Below are positions 37,946-49,591 of a DNA stretch of 64,000 nucleotides, piece by piece. The translations under genes and the position numbers were made by a program. The stretch comes from Blepharisma stoltei ATCC 30299 (lineage: Eukaryota > Protista > Ciliophora): contig CBFDEM010000063.1 of the NCBI GenBank assembly GCA_965603825.1, forward strand, positions 496,001 to 560,000, written 5' to 3'. The first letter of the stretch is position 1. Each line of letters begins with the position of its first letter. The notes beneath the pieces are model-generated. The model made no database searches. It was given only the letters and a program-made list of their open reading frames with translations, and was not told where the DNA came from.

Positions 37946-38839
37946 TTATCATAGAGATATCACTTCAAATTTTAATTCTCTCCATTTAGTGCTATTTCCT
38001 TCTTCAAAAGTTGTAAATTTATCATAACCGGCGGTTCCTTCACCTGTTTTTACTTCTCTCTTGTCTGTCAAGCCTCTAAATTTTCATTTTGCAAACCAAA
38101 AGCCACAATTATCAGGCTCAATATACATTTTGCAACCTTCCACAGGGCAACGCGAGGGTACTGAGGCCAAAGAAAATATTCCAAATCCATGGCATGAGAT
38201 AACCTTCTTATTAAAAGCTGCACAATTCTCATTTTTGCATATGCCGATAAAAGAGAGGCCTTTACTGACATACCTCCATGGAGGGGCAGTTTCACTAAAC
38301 CCAATTTCTATTATTTTTTCCAAGTCATTAAAGTCAATTTCTAACGTTGGCGGACCTCCCCCACGTACATCCTCAACAACTTTAATTAGATTAATCCGCT
38401 TGATATCAATATATTCACCGGATTTTGCAGGTCGTATATACCTATCCTCATAGAACCAATTCTGTTTTCTAATTGGAATTCTAAAATTATCCCTAACGTA
38501 AAGGCATAATAGTCTAATGGGCTCGCCATTATGGACAGATATAGCCTTTGTCTTATCATATACATTAATCACAATACGGCAGATTTCTTCGGAGCATCGA
38601 AACCTAATATTACGCGGATCTAAATCATAAGTTCTAACAAGCTGAAGAGGGTTTTGCAAATCCATAGTTCTTGTATCATAATTGTACACTTCTTCCCCTA
38701 AGTGATAATATTCTTGAAGCTCATTTGGAATGCCAGATATCTCTTCAACTTGATTTGCTATAGAGTAGACTGAACCAAATGTTTCTGGAACGTTAATGAC
38801 GTATTCCCCATAAATTGATGTAATGCTTAGACTTGGCAT
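37946..38839 (-). CDS. tandem ubiquitin-like domains + RGGG + Cys-rich C-terminal domain (297 aa)
   Basis: VEEISGIPNELQ and NFRIPIRKQ resemble the ubiquitin GIP..Q motif. Then VRGGG and APPWRYVSKGLSFIGICKNENC..CP..C..NCGF. Reads through TGA 38084 and ends TGA TAA. Confidence 0.75.
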
Positions 38840-40035
38840 TCTACAATTATTAGCTAAAAATGAATTTACCAAAAAAGAGTGCAAATGGTTAGCACTAATA
38901 TTGAGAATTAGTTTGATAAACTAATATATTGAGTTTAAATCCATATGAGTCGATTCATAATTATAAGTAATGTTTATGATTTATAATTGCTTATAAACAA
39001 TTATTGTCCTCGCTATGCAAAGCCGCCTCAAATGCAACTATAAGTGATAGAATTTTAATTAAAATACAAAAGGTACCAATTCTTTAAGATGGTTAAGATT
39101 ATTGAGTATGCAATTGGTTGCAAATCTCTATGGTCTCAACATTCACTATTCACATTTTCATCTTTCTACAAAGTTATTAGGAAATTGTTGATAAAGATAT
39201 TATCAGCAGGATAGCATATAAAATTTTGATTACTCTCCATATAGTCCAAAAACCACGTCAAATATTATAATTAGCAGCTTGGCATATTTTTTATCAGTTT
39301 ACACCTAGATCAATTTTTCTTTGATCTGGTTTAATTTTTAGCCCTAAATAAGTGTTTGAATAAGAAAACTTACCTAAATAATCTATTTAAGGCTTTATTT
39401 AAATTTATCCAAAGGTTTAAAGTTAGAATTAGATGATAATTTAATGCCAAAAGATTATAAGAAATGGTTTTTAACAGCATTTAAGTCAATAATACACCTT
39501 ATCATAAACTGTTTTGTGTTATTTTATTTATTCTGAAATTCATGAATGATTAGAATTAGAAGGTAAACAATTTCCTATTGTCAATATATAATAGTTTTTA
39601 TTATTTATGATTATTATTGATCAAGCCTATAGAATATTCAAAAATGATGCCACTCGAGTTTTCTGTTATCTTTGACGAAAATTCACGGTTTCATATTTTT
39701 ATTTGAGAATCGACTTTATCTGGTGAATTTATCCCAACTGTCCAGAGTAGTAAAGGCTTGCTATGTTGTGTAGGAGTTCTGAGCCCTAGATTAATCTTAA
39801 GAAGTGCAATCTACCACAGGTGGTGGAGATTGTGAACCTCATGGCACCTGAAAGTCTCAACTTGGTAGCCCAAACTCAGAGGAAAGTTAATCTAAAAAGC
39901 CAGTTTATTCATCCCAAGTGAGTTAGTCATATTAGGAGATAGAGGAAAATATGTTATTGAGTGCATCTAAGGACAATTTTGAGTGGAGCTGTTTTCAGAT
40001 AATCTTGATAGATAAATGATAATAAGATTAAGCCT

Positions 40036-41175
40036 ATGGAACTTAATCCAAACACTCTCAATATTATAATAGCAAGCATTTTCGCGCTAATCTGCACATG
40101 CTTACAAATAGCCATCCAAGAGCAGCTTGAAGACTCAAGCGCAGATTACATAGAATGGCTTCAAACCGACCGCACCTCATTCAGCGAATTTATATTCAAA
40201 TCATTTGGATTTATTACTCAGCTAGTCTATGTAGGCACTGGAGTTATTTTATTCCTTAGCTTTGATCGTCACCTAGGCTTTCTGACTCTAAGTTTTGGCT
40301 TAATAGGAGCTGCTTCATCGACTTTACTAAAACTTATGTATGCCCAGCCAAGACCTTATTGAAAATATTCTCATATTGCTGGCTTAGACTGTGCTACAGA
40401 CTGAGGAACCCCATCAGGCCATGCCTTGAGTGCTGGTTGTGTTCTATTCTATATAGGGCCAATTTGGATTAATTCCTCTAAAAGAAAACTATGAAAAGTA
40501 TGTGTAATTATTTTTGCTGTTTTTATTACAGGATTTAATAGAAATTATTTAGGGGCGCATTTTTATTCCCAAGTCGTGCTTGGGTATTCTTATTCTTTGC
40601 TATTTATTTCTATTATGGCTTATCCTTATATATATGAAAAATTAAGGAAAATTAGTAAAGAGGTGGTTTATTTTACTCATGGGTTAGCAGGGGTTATGTT
40701 TTTGACAGCAAGTTTGCTGTATTGTTTTAGAAAGCCGTATTGAGATGAAGAGTGGGGGAGAAATTATAGTGAAAAATGCGGAGGGAAGCTGCACGATGGG
40801 AAGCCTATGATAAGTGATTTTACGCAGACTAGCTATATCTGTATAGTGGCTGGATTGAGTTTGGGGTATTTTAAGTTGGAGATTAAGGGGTTGCCAAAAT
40901 TTAATATTAAAAACCTTGCGATTTCTCTAGGAATCGCAGGGACTTGTGCTGGGATAATCTTAGGCTGTGTTTTTTTGTTTTCATTATTTTTGGATGGAAT
41001 ATTTTTAGCTTTTGCTGTAGGACTAACAGGGTATTTTGGAGGATTTTCATTAGGCAATGTAGTTCCTTTACTTATTTATAGGTTATTAGGAGTCAAAATT
41101 GATAAAGGTGAATTTGGCTTTAAGTTTCGTGAGATTGACGAAGTTGATTTGCCCAGGGTGGGATATAAACCATAA
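40036..41175 (+). CDS. PAP2-superfamily membrane phosphatase (glucose-6-phosphatase / lipid-phosphate phosphatase-like)
   Basis: KLMYAQPRPYW, DWGTPSGH and NRNYLGAH catalytic motifs are recovered with four TGA=Trp; 379 aa. Confidence 0.9.
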
Positions 41176-41303
41176 TCTTATAATAAACTCAAATTTTACT
41201 GTTTTTAAATTTAAGCTAAATTGAGATTTTATGAAAACTCTCTACTATAGCTGATCTGCATTATCGGCTAATTCTTAATATGTCAGATTTATACTAAAAT
41301 CAT

Positions 41304-43106
41304 ATGCAAAATTCTTTGAATATGAATCAAAAACAATGCTCTGAGCCAGGCTGTGAGCTTGAAGCCGAGTATGGATGCCAATGCACCAGTCCTGAAACTT
41401 ATCTATGCAAACTCCACTGAATGAAACATTGCGAATTGCCCAATAGGGATCATACCTTCGAATCTGTTTTTCTAAAGCCATGCGAAGGGACACAAGAAGC
41501 AATTCTAGAATTTCTTAAAAGCAAGCTGTCTGAAAATCAAGAATCAAGGAAAAATATTACAGTTTCCTTTAGCCAACACCTCAACAGCTCTGAAGATAGC
41601 TTTGAGAATTTCTTAAAAAGACTGGACTCTGAATCAGCAGAAATCAAAATCTGCTTTGAGAAGATTTCTGAAGCTAAAAAGCTATCAAAATTCGAGCAGG
41701 ATCCCCTGTTAAAGTTATTGGCTTTACAGCCTAATGAAGCTATTGAGAAAATTAAGCCAATGCTATCATGCAAACCAGACTCATATACAAATATAAATTT
41801 AATTTGTAGCTTGACTGGAGAAATCGAAAAAATAATCGAAAGCTTTATCAAAAACAAATTCGAAAAATATTTAGAAAATAAGCTATCTGGCTTAGAAAAA
41901 ACGCTTGAAAAGCATGATCAAATTATCAATTCGGCTAATGATTTTGTTGAAAATCTTAAGGACACTATTTCTACCCTAATAGCTGAGAATGAAAAGAGCA
42001 AAAAAGATTTTGAAGAATGGAAACAAGAAGTTGAGACAAAAAGAAAATGAGAAGTAGCCTCAAGAAATTCTCAGCTCTCCAACAGTATCACGGATATCCT
42101 CAAAGTTTCAAATTTAAACAAAAAACAATTAAATTTCAAAAACTGAAGCCCAGATGTAAAAATAAATGAAATTAAATCTGCAACTTTGAATGAGGCTTTC
42201 AACTCAGAAATAGACCAAGATTCCATTAGTGTTTGCTCACTATATGAGAGTGAAATCCTCTCAGTTCCTGACTTAAGGTTTTATTATCAAGACAATTTTG
42301 ATACAGAAATTAAAAAAAAATCGCTTTATCTTATTGATAAAGGTATAAATAAAAATACAAATTTGATTGTTTTTGACACAGAAAATGAAATGGAAGACAT
42401 AAAAACCTTGAATATTTCTGATCAATTAGACTCTGGTACGTGTATAGCGCAGCTTCCTGATGGCAAATTTTTCTGTTTTGGAAAACGTTGTCCAGCTTCT
42501 GGGATTTCGTTGACAATTGACAAAAAACTTAAGATTTGCATGATGCCGTCAGGAACACCCTGCTGTTATTCATCAGCTGTTTATTTTAATAGAAATATTT
42601 ATTGCTTTGGTGGGTGAAATGACGAGAAATCACCTTTAGCCTTATCAGAAAGATTTGATATGAACGAAAATAAATGAATTAAATTAAGCCCATTGCCAAA
42701 TCCGGATTGCTGTTTGCATTCCTTGATTTTTAAGAAAAATATTTTAATATCTGGGAGTGAAAATCGGAAACTTTTGAGGTATTCTATTTTAGGAAATGAT
42801 TTTACAACAATTCCTTTTGAATTTGCTGAAAGGAAAAGGAAAATAATGGTAAATGCAGTCAGGCTGTATTTGATTGAATGCGGGGGATTTATTTATGAAA
42901 GCGAAATTGAAGATGATACGGTGTGGAAAATAATAGCTCCCTCAGTAATCAGTGAAATTTGCCCATGGCAAGTATATTGCTTATATAATAAGGAGACAAT
43001 TTATATTGGGTGTAGAGATCTGAATGAATATTACAAATTTAGTTTGCTTAGCAAAAATATGGCTGCGATTTTACACACCTCTCAAGAAAGCTGTTTGACT
43101 TTTTAA
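41304..43106 (+). CDS. Cys/His Zn-finger - coiled-coil - kelch-like protein (~600 aa)
   Basis: One frame through five TGA codons. N-terminal CSEPGC..EAEYGCQCTSPETYLCKLHWMKHC; C-terminal GTCIAQLPDGKFFCFG..IYCFGGW. The start may instead be 41322. Confidence 0.85.
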
Positions 43107-43344
43107 TTATTGTTAATTCAATAACTTTCTTCATTATTTAATTAGCATAAAGGAAGATATACCTTCAAATTTTTTAAGGCTTCTAAAATAATACTTCATT
43201 CTATTTTAAAAATCTAGGAAAGTCCTAAGCACCCATAATTTTTCCCATATCTAAATTCCAATAAGTGCAAGATAAGATGTGATTTTTATATATATTTTGA
43301 ACAAATATAGGATATTACAATAATTTCGGGACAAAGGATCAATT

Positions 43345-44526
43345 TTGCAGGCTACTAATGGCTTAAAATTCATCACAACCGTGGAAATCAAATTCCCTAG
43401 CCTTTCAGAGTTAGACAATCAGACTCTCTTAGAAGAATATAAGTCAAATCACAAAAAACTGACAGATGCATTAATGTCAGAAAAAAATAGAGTTGTTCAT
43501 CATGTAAAAAAGATTCAGCATCTGGAAAATGAAGTGAAAGAAAAGAATTCGAAAATGATTGAAATCAAAAAATGATTTTAAATCTTATAAAGGAAAAAGA
43601 AATGATTGTAAAGGTTAATGAAGAGCAGAAGCAACAGAAAGAAATTTATGAAAAACAGACTGCAGAACTTAATAGCATCAATGAAGAAAGGAAGCCAATA
43701 GAAAAATTAGAAGAGCAAATTGAAGAACTTCAAGCTGAACGTAAAGATCTTCGAGCTGAATGTAAAGATCTTCGAGCTGAATGTGAAGATCTTCGAGCTG
43801 AATGTAAAAATCTTCGAGCTGCTAGTGAAAAATCAGATGAGGAAATTAAAAATCTTCAACTAAAACTTTGAACTGCAAAATTGATTTGGAAATTGCAAAG
43901 CTCCAAAAGGAAATAAAAGAAATCGAGACGGATTTATTAGACCAAAACGACCCAGAAAGAATAAAGATCAATAAATGTAGACAAGAAGAGATTGAATTTA
44001 AATCACTCTTAGGGAGATTATCGGTGATTTAAAAAATGACCTAATTAAGGAGCTAAGTGGGTTTATTGGCGAAAGATGTTACGGATTCTTAGATATTAAT
44101 AAAACAGCACGCTCTAAGGGAATAGACAAGGAAGAAGTTAATGCTTGCAAGAGAAACTATTTTTTTGAGAGATATGGAATTGACATTGATGCTTTTCAGC
44201 GAATTATGGACAAAAGATATTCTCTGTTTAAATACAAGCATAACTCGACCTTAATGGAAGGAGATAGGCTTAGGAGGTATTTAGATGAACTTCCCGAAGA
44301 TAACAAATATAAGTTGATTTATATGTCTATGACTGGATTTATTGCTATAAGAGAAAAAGAAAAAAGGCAAAAGGAATCCCCAAATTGCTGTAGAAAATGT
44401 GGAGATAGTAAGCATATAACGGAGAGATGCCCAATTTGCTATTTTTGTGATGATTATGGGCATACCAAAAATAATTGCCCAAGAAGAAGACCTTATAAAT
44501 CGAGAAAGCTAAGAAAAATATTTTAA
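43345..44526 (+). pseudogene. frameshifted coiled-coil + double CCHC zinc-knuckle gene
   Basis: Paralogous to 44990-46403 but split over several frames. Knuckles CRKCGDSKHITERC and CYFCDDYGHTKNNC. Confidence 0.75.
43734..43820 (+). repeat. 21-nt heptad-coding tandem repeat (ECKDLRA)
   Basis: About 4 copies of GAATGTAAAGATCTTCGAGCT. The paralogue at 45558-45626 has 3 copies of GAATGCAGAGATCTTAGAGCT. Confidence 0.9.
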
Positions 44527-44972
44527 TATCTGGGAGTGAAAATCGGAAACTTTTGAGGTATTCTATTTTAGGAAATGATTTTACAACAATTCCTTTTGAA
44601 TTTGCTGAAAGGAAAAGGAAAATAATGGTAAATGCAGTCAGGCTGTATTTGATTGAATGCGGGGGATTTATTTATAAAAGCGAAATTGAAGATGATACGG
44701 CGTGAAAAATAGTAGCTGCATCAGTAATCAGTGAAATTTGCCCATGGCAAGTATATTGCTTATATAATAAGGAGACAATTTATATTGGGTGCAGAGATCT
44801 GAATGAATATTACAAATTTATCTGTTTAGCAAAAATATGGCTGCGATTTTACACACCTCGCAGGGGAGCTGTTCACTTTTTTAATTATTGTTAATTCAAT
44901 AACTTTCTTCATTATTTAATTGACATAAAGGGGGATATAAAATCCAAATTTTTAAGGCCTCTTAAATAATAA
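44510..44972 (+). pseudogene. duplicated 3' fragment of the kelch-like gene (copy of 42731-43195)
   Basis: Near-identical sequence starting AAGAAAAATATTTTAATATCTGGGAGTG, with small indels. Confidence 0.9.
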
Positions 44973-44989
44973 TTAACTTTATAAACAAT

Positions 44990-46403
44990 ATGCTCCAAGA
45001 TCAAAACATTAGGGATTATCAAGAATCCAAAGAAGAAACTCTGATCGGTAGACAAAAAATAGATTATCTTAAAGGATTAATCTTAATTGAAAAAGAAAAG
45101 CTCATCAAGCAAAATACATCACAGGAAGATTTGGTAAATGCTCCACAAATTCGCCTTTCAGAATTGCAGCAAGAGCTGATTAAAGAGTTTGAAAATGAAA
45201 TAAAGAAAGCTTTTAAAGATCAGAAAAACTTAAATTCATACCTTCAACAGATGCAAAGGGAAGTTCAACCATAAAAAACTAACTGAAGCATTAACTTCAG
45301 AAAAGGATCGAACTCTTCATCATGAAAAGAAAATTCAGCGTTTGGAAGTTGAAATACATAACAATAATTCGAAAATGGCTGATATCAAAACAAGAATTTT
45401 AGATCTTATAAAGGAAAAACAAATGATTGTAAAGGCTAATGAAGAACAGAATCAGCAGATAAAAATTTATGAAAAACAGATTGCAGAGCTTAATAGCATC
45501 AATGAAGAAAGGAAGTCAAAAGAAAAGTTTGAAGAGCGAATTGAAGAACTTGAAGGTGAATGCAGAGATCTTAGAGCTGAATGCAGAGATCTTAGAGCTG
45601 AATGCAGAGATCTTAGAGCTGAATGTGAAGCTCTTCAGGCTGCTAGTGCAAAATCAGATAAGGAAATAAAAATCCTTCAAGAAGAAAATCGAGCTAATCG
45701 CGAAAAATCAGATAAGGAAATTAAAAAACTTAGTGAAGTAATTGCAAAGCTTAAAAAGGAAGTAAAAAGACTAAATGAAAGCAAGACAGATTTATTAGAA
45801 GAAAGCAAGTCACAAAGAACAATGATCAAAAATTTTAGACTTCAAGATGAACAAAATCAGGAAAAAATGTCCAAACTAGAAGAGATTGAATTTAAATCGT
45901 GAATGAGGGAGATTATCACTGATTTGAGAGATGACTTAATTAAAGAGTTAAGTGGGTTTATTGACGAAAGATGCTACGGATTATCAGAAGTTGATAAAAC
46001 AGCAAATTATAAGGGAATAGATATGAATGAAGTTAATACTTGCAAGAGAAACTATTTGCTCGAAAATTATGGAATTGACACTGATACTTTTGAGCGAATT
46101 TTGGAGGCGAAATATGAACTGAATTACTTCATACACAACTCGACCTTAATGGAAAGAGAAAAAGTTCAAATCTATTTAGCTGGACTTCCAGATAACAATG
46201 AATTAAAGTTGATTTATATGTCTATGGCTAGATTTATTTCTAAGAGAGAAAAAGAAGAATTGCAAAAACAGTTCCCAAACTGCTGTAGAAGATGTGGAGA
46301 TAGTGGGCATAGAACGGAGAGATGCCAACTTTGCTATTTTTGTGGAGATTATGGGCATACCCAACAAAATTGCCCAAGAAGAAAATATAATCGAGAAACG
46401 TAA
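44990..46403 (+). CDS. coiled-coil + double CCHC zinc-knuckle protein (Gag/ORF1p-like); 5' part frameshifted or true start at 45375
   Basis: 45342-45902 joins 45903-46403 through TGA. Knuckles CRRCGDSGHRTERC and CYFCGDYGHTQQNC. The 44990-45274 ORF is one base out of frame. Confidence 0.7.
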
Positions 46404-47988
46404 TTGTTAATGAAAATATTTAGAATATTAATTAAATGTGTTTTAGGAATTTCCAAAAGATAATATATATTTTTCAAAGTCCCAAAACTTTGAATAAAAT
46501 AAATTTTTAAAATAAAACTCAGTATGATACTTCAAAAAGAATCTTAAGCTGACTAATCATTCTTCTGAGAATTCATAATGATAGTCTCAGGAACAAAGCC
46601 ACAACGGTCAAGATTTCAATCACAATTGAAGCTGTTCAAATTTGAGCTTTCTTTCAGTCAAGTTAAATCTTCTATCACAAAGGCCTAAACATGTATCACT
46701 TCAATTGCTGTCAAAATAGAGTATAAATTGTTTTTGTAGCTTGAAATAAGGACTTGATATGCAATTTCTAAATATCATTATTCCTATATGAAGAAAAAGC
46801 CTAGTTTCAAGAGGAGCCACTAGAATGAAAATTTTTGATATATCAAAATGGTAATTTCGATACATGATAGGAAATAAGCCTTGAAAGGAGTCATAAAGTC
46901 GTATTAATGAAAGAATGCAAGTCGACAGTTAATGCAGCAAGAGAGACTGGTAAATTCTTGGAAAATCACCAATATCAAATATCAATCCATAAATATGCTT
47001 GGATTATAATATATGGCGAGCCAATAGCCTAAAATAAATTTGACTCATTATTTAGACGTATCTATGCTAATTTATTTCCGCATCTAAATTTTATAGTAAA
47101 AATTAAATTTTATAATCAACAAAAAAAGCTAATATATTTGAAGGAGGTGGGTATAAATATTAAAATTGAGATGCTCTATGAATATAAGTATTTTTATGAT
47201 TCTCAAAATAACAAAATAGGATTAAAGAATTATGTAAATATATCAATTTTATAATAAATAATAACAGTTCTGCTGTCATATTACTGTTAACAGTAAATAA
47301 GAAAGGATATAATCATTAGTAGAAATTCGAAAATAGATTCTTCCAAGGTATCCTTTATATAATAGCAGGATGATCAGGAATGCTGATTCTGCTGCAAAAG
47401 CGGCTGCTTAGCACTAGCCTGGCATATTAATTGCTTTAACCGCTACAGTTTTCCATGTTACAAGTAAATAATGTAAGATATTAAAAAACTTATTTTAAAG
47501 TAAGTTAATCATGAATTTTTCATTCAAATTAAATTTGGAATAGCTGATATTATTTTTTATATAGCAAGCACTATATATTCACCCTTTATTATATGTGCAA
47601 TAAATTCAGTCCGAATCCTTGCCAATTACTGAGTTTGCTATTTGATTTCAAGCATACTCGTCTTCACTTTCATAGATCTTTCCTAAAGAGTCTTCAATCA
47701 AATATAGCCTTCCTGCATTAATTAATATCTTTATTTTATAATAGTCAAACTCATAAGGAATTACTGAGAAAGAGTCAGTATCAATAGAATACAACCAAAT
47801 ATATGAATTTAGTGATCCTGATATCAATATGTTTCCATTAAATATTACACTATGGCAGCAAAGCTCATCAAGTGGCATTGGGGTTAAATTAAATCATTGA
47901 TTTCTATCCAAATCAAATCTACTAGATATAGATAAATAATAAAATAAGTTTCTTCCTCCAAAACAATAGACGCTCCTATTGAAGTATA

Positions 47989-48062
47989 TATGAGACTTTA
48001 GCTGAATAGGGAACAATTTTGCTTGAAATTTTTAATTATTGCGTTTAATCCAAGAGAGTTTA
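47989..48062. mobile_element. 72-bp TA-bounded IES-like insertion
   Basis: TA at 47989-90 and at 48061-62. Excision leaving one TA restores TCC TCA GCT ATA TAC TTC (SSAIYF). Confidence 0.6.
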
Positions 48063-48086
48063 GCTGAGGAATATGCACAAGGCGGC

Positions 48087-48231
48087 CCAGATGCCTTTTA
48101 TTATTTTTGAAAAGTTTGAATGATTAATCCTTTTGCTCTAGAAATGCATCTCATAGAAAATGATTTCCAAGCATGAAGATTAATTTAGAAAGTAAAATTT
48201 AAAATTTATAATTACTTCTAAATCCAGATGC
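48087..48231. mobile_element. 129-bp insertion flanked by an 8-bp direct repeat (CCAGATGC)
   Basis: CCAGATGC at 48087-48094 and at 48224-48231. Removal restores HSLASGPPCAY. Confidence 0.7.
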
Positions 48232-49591
48232 TAGTGAATGAACTTTATAATTTCTATCAATTATGTAGGAATTTCCAGTGATTGGATGGCCACCACCAAA
48301 ACAAAACAGCTTTGCATTTGGAAGCTGAGCAATACATGTTCCATCATCTAATTTTTCTGAAAATTTCAATGCTTTCGTATCCTCTCTTTCATTTTCAGTA
48401 TCATAAATAGTCAAAATAGTGCACCCTGGATCTTGGTCAATAAGATAAAGAGATGTAATGTGATGATAAATATTGACATATTCATAATAAGCTTGGCTTA
48501 GTGATAGATCAGAAACTGAACTCTGGTTTTCATACATTGAGCAAGTTCTCCTGAAATCTCTCTCTGTTTCTGGGTCATTGCTGACTTTGCTTAGAATTGA
48601 AGATGTTTTGGCTTTTATGTCGTGAAAATTAATAATTGGTTTGGATAATCTAGATTGGGCTCATTGTGAGTTTGACTTGCTGCATTGCCGAAATCTTTTG
48701 AGAAAGAATCGAGTTGAAAATTAAGTAATTTAGCTTGATAAAGAGTTTTGACGTCCATTTATAAATTTGAAATGCCAATAAAATATATTGTAGTGTTGCT
48801 TGCTTTGGCTAATATAATTAGATATTTCTCTTTTAGAAATATAAATTTTTATTATTAGTAACCTTTTCTCATGGCTTTCTAAACTTTAAATACTTTATTT
48901 TTTATTGTGCCCATTAGCATAAAAGAGAAGGAGAGCTCTCATTTGGTATTTAGATTTTAAGACTTAGGTGCTATTTATGATCATAAAATAATATTAAGCT
49001 CATATAAGCTTCAATATTGCAATTAAATAACGCAAGAATATCAAATAGACTTTCAATGGAAGTACAATTTATTATCTTTATCATAATATTTTTAATTACA
49101 TTAATATTCAAATATATAAATTTTTATAGTGAGTTTATGTTTTCTTATATTATTGAATGAAATTAGCTTGAAATGAAAAATAAAAATTGTAAATAATAAC
49201 AAGAGATAGATATCGGCTCAGCAATATTCAGGAATCTCAAAGTGAGAGGTCTAACTCACAAGTCCGCTAAATTGTGGCTTGGCTACTAGGGCAATTGTGT
49301 ATTCTTTTATTTCCAGAAGCGCTTTGCCAGGTGAGTGTCCGATATGGAGGAGGGATGAACCTGCTCAAGTTGTTTTTGTTTTTCTGCCAACAATGCACAA
49401 GCAGTTGAGTTTTCTAGCAGTATGATTCGAGAAAAGGGAAGTAGGAATAGAAATTTCGGGAGTCTTTAAAATGGGAAACGTTTGGTGGTCATTATTAATT
49501 TTGAGTCAAAATCTTGTTTTATTAAGACCTATATTTTTCTATATATTTTTTATTCCTAGATTTTTAATTCAAAGCTAATTGGGGATTGGAG

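Larger units (their letters stand above)
35322..39802. repeat. ~2.24-kb diverged tandem segmental duplication (35322-37562 / 37563-39802)
   Basis: Colinear matches in coding and non-coding DNA, e.g. TCCATGGCATGAGATAAC at ~35958/38187 and CACTCGAGTTTTCTGTTATC at 37411/39651. Confidence 0.92.
47495..48758 (-). pseudogene. kelch-like paralogue interrupted by two insertions and a 1-bp deletion
   Basis: Colinear with 52208-53233. The frame is restored by removing 47989-48060 and 48095-48231 and adding one base near 48625. Confidence 0.85.

Noticed and set aside
43734-45626. Short tandem repeats as a CRISPR-like array
   Set aside because: No spacers; these are in-frame coding heptad repeats in a eukaryotic gene.
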